From assembly GCA_009841225.1 (NCBI GenBank), contig VXMF01000037.1:31875-95874 (forward strand): a DNA stretch of 64,000 bases, given 5' to 3'. Origin of the DNA: Terriglobia bacterium. Lineage in GTDB: Bacteria; Acidobacteriota; Terriglobia; Bryobacterales; UBA6623. Position 1 is the stretch's first letter. Every line of letters begins with the position of its first letter. This document shows positions 60,574-64,000 of the stretch, piece after piece. Made by a program: the position numbers and the translations under genes. Under the pieces are notes generated by a model. The model was given only the letters and a program-made list of their open reading frames with translations. It made no database searches and was not told the origin of the DNA.

Positions 60574-63500
60574 ATGCGCTTGGCGTCGATTCTTCTGACA
60601 AGCATTCTGTTGGTCTGCACCGGGGCATTCGCCCAGCAAGACCAAGGCAACATCACCGGCACGATCACCGATTCCACGGGAGCGGTGATCCCCGGGGCAA
60701 GCATCACGGCGCGCGAGATCAGCACCAACGTGACGCTGATGTCGTCGTCGAACGAGGGCGGCGTCTACGTGGTCGGGCCGCTCAAGATCGGCACCTACGA
60801 AATCTCGGTCGAGTCGGACGGCTTCAAGAGGTCCGTGCGTGCGGGAGTGGAGATTCACGCCGGCGACCGCATCGGCCTCAACTTCGAGCTGGAAGTCGGC
60901 GATCTGGTGGAAGTGGTCACGGTCGAGGGCACCACGCCGGTGCTCAAGACCGAGAACGCCACGCTGGACTACACGGTCGAGCGCAAGCAGCTGGAGGACT
61001 TCCCGCTCAACGGCCGCAGCTACCAATCGCTCGGACTGCTCAGCGCGGGCGTCGCCCCGGAAATCGGCGGCCGCGACCGCGGGCCGCTGGGCACGTCATC
61101 GTTCGGCAACGGGCTGAGCGTGAACGGCCAGCCGGCCCTGCAGAACAACTATCTGATCGACGGCGTTGACAACAACTCGACCGTGATGGGCCTGCAGGAC
61201 CGCAAGTCCCAAGCAGTCATTCCCTCGCTCGACGCCGTGCAGGAGATGAAGGTCCAGACCTCGAACTACTCCGCCGAGTATGGGCGCAACGCCGGAGGCG
61301 TGATCATGGTCTCGATTCGCGGCGGCACCAACGAGTTCCACGGTAGCGCGTACGAGTTCATCCGCAACGACGTCTTCGACGCGCGGCCGGCGTTCGGGCG
61401 TAACGACCGCGACGGCGATGGCAAGGCCGATCCGGCCGTGCTGCGCCAGAACCAGTGGGGCGGCACCTTCGGCGGCCCGATCGTCAAGAACAAGGCATTC
61501 TTCTTCGGCAGCGTGGAGACTTGGAACGTCAGGCGCGCGCAGAGCGACCTAGTGGTCGTGCCGACGGCGCTGGAGCGCGCAGGCGACTTCAGCCAGACGG
61601 CGGGGCTGGCCAGGCTGCTCGACCCCAACACCTCCTCCGTGCCGGCAGAGCGGGGAGAATTCCCGAACAAGACGATTCCCGCCAACTTCGCCATGCGCGA
61701 CCCGGTCGGCGTCGCCTTGGCGGATCTTTACCCGGCGCCAAACCTGTCCGACCCCGCCACTCGCAACAACTTCACCAGCGGCGAGCCGTGGATGACCGAC
61801 CGCGTGCAGTACGACTTCCGCTACGACCAGACCGCCTCGGCGAAGGACAGTCTCTTCGTGCGCTACAGCATGTACACGTTCGACCAGAATCGCGGCGCGC
61901 CGCTGCCGGGCATCGCGCGCGGCGGGGTGGGCAACGACCGCGCCCGCGACGACAACGGAGGCTCGCACTTGGTGATCTCGGAAACGCATGTGTTCAATCC
62001 CTTCGTCATCAACGAATTCCGCTTCGGGCGCAAATTCTTGGGCGTGAACAAGGACATCGATTCCAACGTGCCGCTGGCCGACCTCGCCCAGCAGTACGGG
62101 CTGCGCGGCGTGGACACGTCTGACAACATCAACGGACTGCCCCGCTTCGCGATGGCCGGGAACTTGCCCTTCATCGGCTTGGGAGGCTCGGGCTTCCAGC
62201 CCAACATCAAGGACACCTGGACCTATCAGTGGATGAACAACCTCACCGTGATCCGAGGCAACCACAGCATCAAGTTCGGAGCGGACATTCGCTATGACCG
62301 CACGAACATCGAGGGCTCGCAGAACGCTCGCGGCATCTTTAACTTCAACGGCAAGTTCAGCGGCATCAGCATGGCCGACTTCCTGCTGGGCTGGATCAAC
62401 AACGCCACCAAGAGCACCCAGGTGCTCAGTGACCAGCTCTTCCGCAGCTACATGTTCTTCGTCCAAGACGATTGGAAGGTCACGCCGAGCCTGACGTTGA
62501 ACTTGGGAGTGCGCTACGAATTGACCTCGCCGTGGTTCGCTGAAGACAACCGCATGAACAAGCTGTCGATCGATCCCGACACCTACGGCCAGACGATCAC
62601 GGCGGGTGAGTTCGGCGACAGCTGGTCCCACCGCGCTTTGGTCAACACCGACGCCAACAACTGGGCTCCGCGGGTCGGGTTCGCGTGGCAGCCTGCCCAG
62701 CGCTGGACTTTCCGCGGCGGGGCGGGGGTGTTCTACGGCGGCCAGCAAGGGCTGGGAGCGTCCGGGCGCATGCTAGCGAACTTCCCGTTCGTCGCGCAGG
62801 TTCAGCGCACCTCGGGCCGGGCGGCACCGGCATTCTTGCTACGCGATGGTTTCCCGGCGGACTTCCTAGGAGACCTAAGCGATGCCGACAATCGGCCGCG
62901 CAACCTCAGTTTGCAGCACTGGTCGACGCATTTTCCCATGCCGACGACCTACCAGTGGAACTTCAGCGTCCAGCGGCAACTCGCGAACAACCTCGGCCTG
63001 ACCGTTGCCTATGTCGGCTCGTCGTCGAATTTCCTGCTGAGCGCCTATAACGAGAACGCGGCGACACGCGGGGACCCGGGCACCGAGGCCTCGCGGCGCA
63101 AGCACTTCGAGGATGTCGGCAATCTGGTCTACAGGACCCCGTACGGCTCGGCGAATTACAACGGCCTCAACACCACCCTCGCCAAGCGCTTCTCCGGGGG
63201 CAACTTGTGGACCATCGCCTACACCTGGGCGCACGGCATCGGCAACACTCCGGAACAGTTCGTGGGCGGCGAGACCGGCGTGCAGGATCCGACCTGCTTC
63301 TCGTGCCAGCGCGGCTCGAACTCCAGCGACGTGCGGCAGCGCCTCGCCACAAGCTACGTGGTGGAACTGCCCTTCGGCCGGGGCAAGCGGCTGCTGGACA
63401 GGGGCGGAGCGGTCAACGCGATCTTCGGCGGCTGGCAGCTGACCGGCCTGCTACAGGCGCAAACCGGCCAGTACTACAACGTCACCCTGCCGAACGCCTT

Positions 63501-63882
63501 TAGCAACCTAGGTACTCGCGTGGGCACCTGGAGGCCGGACGTGATCGGCGAGCACCGCGTGTCGAACCCCGGGCCGGACAAGTGGTATGAGCGCACCGCC
63601 TTCGAGATTCCGCGGGACGCGAACGGCGTGCCGGACTTCGGCAACGTGGGCCGCAACACCATGCAAGAGGACGGCATCTTCAACTGGGACATCGGGCTGC
63701 AGAAATCCTTCTACCCGACCGAGGGTACCGAGGTGCAGTTCCGCTACGAGGTGTTCAACCTGACCAACCACCCGAGCTTCGCAGTGCCGAACCGAAACGT
63801 CCGCTCGCCGGCCGGCGGCACGATCCGCAACACGAATACGACACCGCGACAGATGCAGTTCAGTCTGCGCATCGTCTTCTAA
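60574..63882 (+). CDS. TonB-dependent receptor, Oar-like
   Basis: Signal peptide; ITGTITDSTGAVIPGA, PLNGR, YSAEYGR..GG, GTNEFHG, PRQMQFSLRIVF; RBS AGGGGG. Confidence 0.94.
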   Translation: MRLASILLTSILLVCTGAFAQQDQGNITGTITDSTGAVIPGASITAREISTNVTLMSSSNEGGVYVVGPLKIGTYEISVESDGFKRSVRAGVEIHAGDRIGLNFELEVGDLVEVVTVEGTTPVLKTENATLDYTVERKQLEDFPLNGRSYQSLGLLSAGVAPEIGGRDRGPLGTSSFGNGLSVNGQPALQNNYLIDGVDNNSTVMGLQDRKSQAVIPSLDAVQEMKVQTSNYSAEYGRNAGGVIMVSIRGGTNEFHGSAYEFIRNDVFDARPAFGRNDRDGDGKADPAVLRQNQWGGTFGGPIVKNKAFFFGSVETWNVRRAQSDLVVVPTALERAGDFSQTAGLARLLDPNTSSVPAERGEFPNKTIPANFAMRDPVGVALADLYPAPNLSDPATRNNFTSGEPWMTDRVQYDFRYDQTASAKDSLFVRYSMYTFDQNRGAPLPGIARGGVGNDRARDDNGGSHLVISETHVFNPFVINEFRFGRKFLGVNKDIDSNVPLADLAQQYGLRGVDTSDNINGLPRFAMAGNLPFIGLGGSGFQPNIKDTWTYQWMNNLTVIRGNHSIKFGADIRYDRTNIEGSQNARGIFNFNGKFSGISMADFLLGWINNATKSTQVLSDQLFRSYMFFVQDDWKVTPSLTLNLGVRYELTSPWFAEDNRMNKLSIDPDTYGQTITAGEFGDSWSHRALVNTDANNWAPRVGFAWQPAQRWTFRGGAGVFYGGQQGLGASGRMLANFPFVAQVQRTSGRAAPAFLLRDGFPADFLGDLSDADNRPRNLSLQHWSTHFPMPTTYQWNFSVQRQLANNLGLTVAYVGSSSNFLLSAYNENAATRGDPGTEASRRKHFEDVGNLVYRTPYGSANYNGLNTTLAKRFSGGNLWTIAYTWAHGIGNTPEQFVGGETGVQDPTCFSCQRGSNSSDVRQRLATSYVVELPFGRGKRLLDRGGAVNAIFGGWQLTGLLQAQTGQYYNVTLPNAFSNLGTRVGTWRPDVIGEHRVSNPGPDKWYERTAFEIPRDANGVPDFGNVGRNTMQEDGIFNWDIGLQKSFYPTEGTEVQFRYEVFNLTNHPSFAVPNRNVRSPAGGTIRNTNTTPRQMQFSLRIVF

Positions 63883-63900
63883 CGTCGCGAGGCAGCCTAC

Positions 63901-63929
63901 GCGGGCGGGCCGCGCAACGGCCCGCCCGC
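63901..63929 (+). terminator. GC-rich hairpin after the TonB receptor
   Basis: GCGGGCGGGCCG-CGCAA-CGGCCCGCCCGC 12-bp stem; no clear U tract. Confidence 0.55.
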
Positions 63930-64000
63930 CAATTCCCACTCCGAGGCAGAGCGGAAGGTTCCGCACCTTGAACCAGTCACGCATGCAGCAGGCGTGCGTT

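Noticed and set aside
61400-61435. DxDxDG-like insert (NDRDGDGKAD) in the second TonB receptor
   Set aside because: A single short loop motif; not enough to claim Ca2+ binding or a link to the EF-hand operon.

Overview
GC-rich bacterial chromosomal window of about 51 CDS, with no rRNA, tRNA, CRISPR array or intact mobile element seen. Gene content (two Oar-type TonB-dependent receptors, a PSD1/planctomycete-cytochrome-c plus DUF1501 pair, three sulfatases, DUF1080, NHL and LRR proteins, DUF420) suggests an Acidobacteriota, possibly Bryobacterales-like, genome; this is an inference. It begins with the rpmH-rnpA-yidD-yidC-jag-mnmE cluster (no dnaA alongside), followed by purS and an intact but catalytically degenerate GlmS paralog. 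The middle is an accessory catabolic region: GH32, R2lox, GMC oxidoreductase, transporters, extradiol dioxygenase, sulfatases, part of an inositol pathway and toxin-antitoxin loci. It ends with ABC exporters, a sulfurtransferase operon, tsaC and a TonB receptor. The most striking candidate system is a translationally coupled three-gene operon at 55338-59552: a VTC polyphosphate polymerase, a DUF4956 membrane protein, and a signal-peptide protein with 8 EF-hands, a phospho-His swivel motif and a C-terminal PPDK-type ATP-grasp domain (the glucan,water-dikinase domain order). It occupies the slot where CotH kinases usually sit. Other notable items are the GlmS pseudoenzyme and an NCS2 permease fused to a degenerate anti-sigma-type ATPase domain. 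All calls come from reading motifs by eye; no database searches were run.
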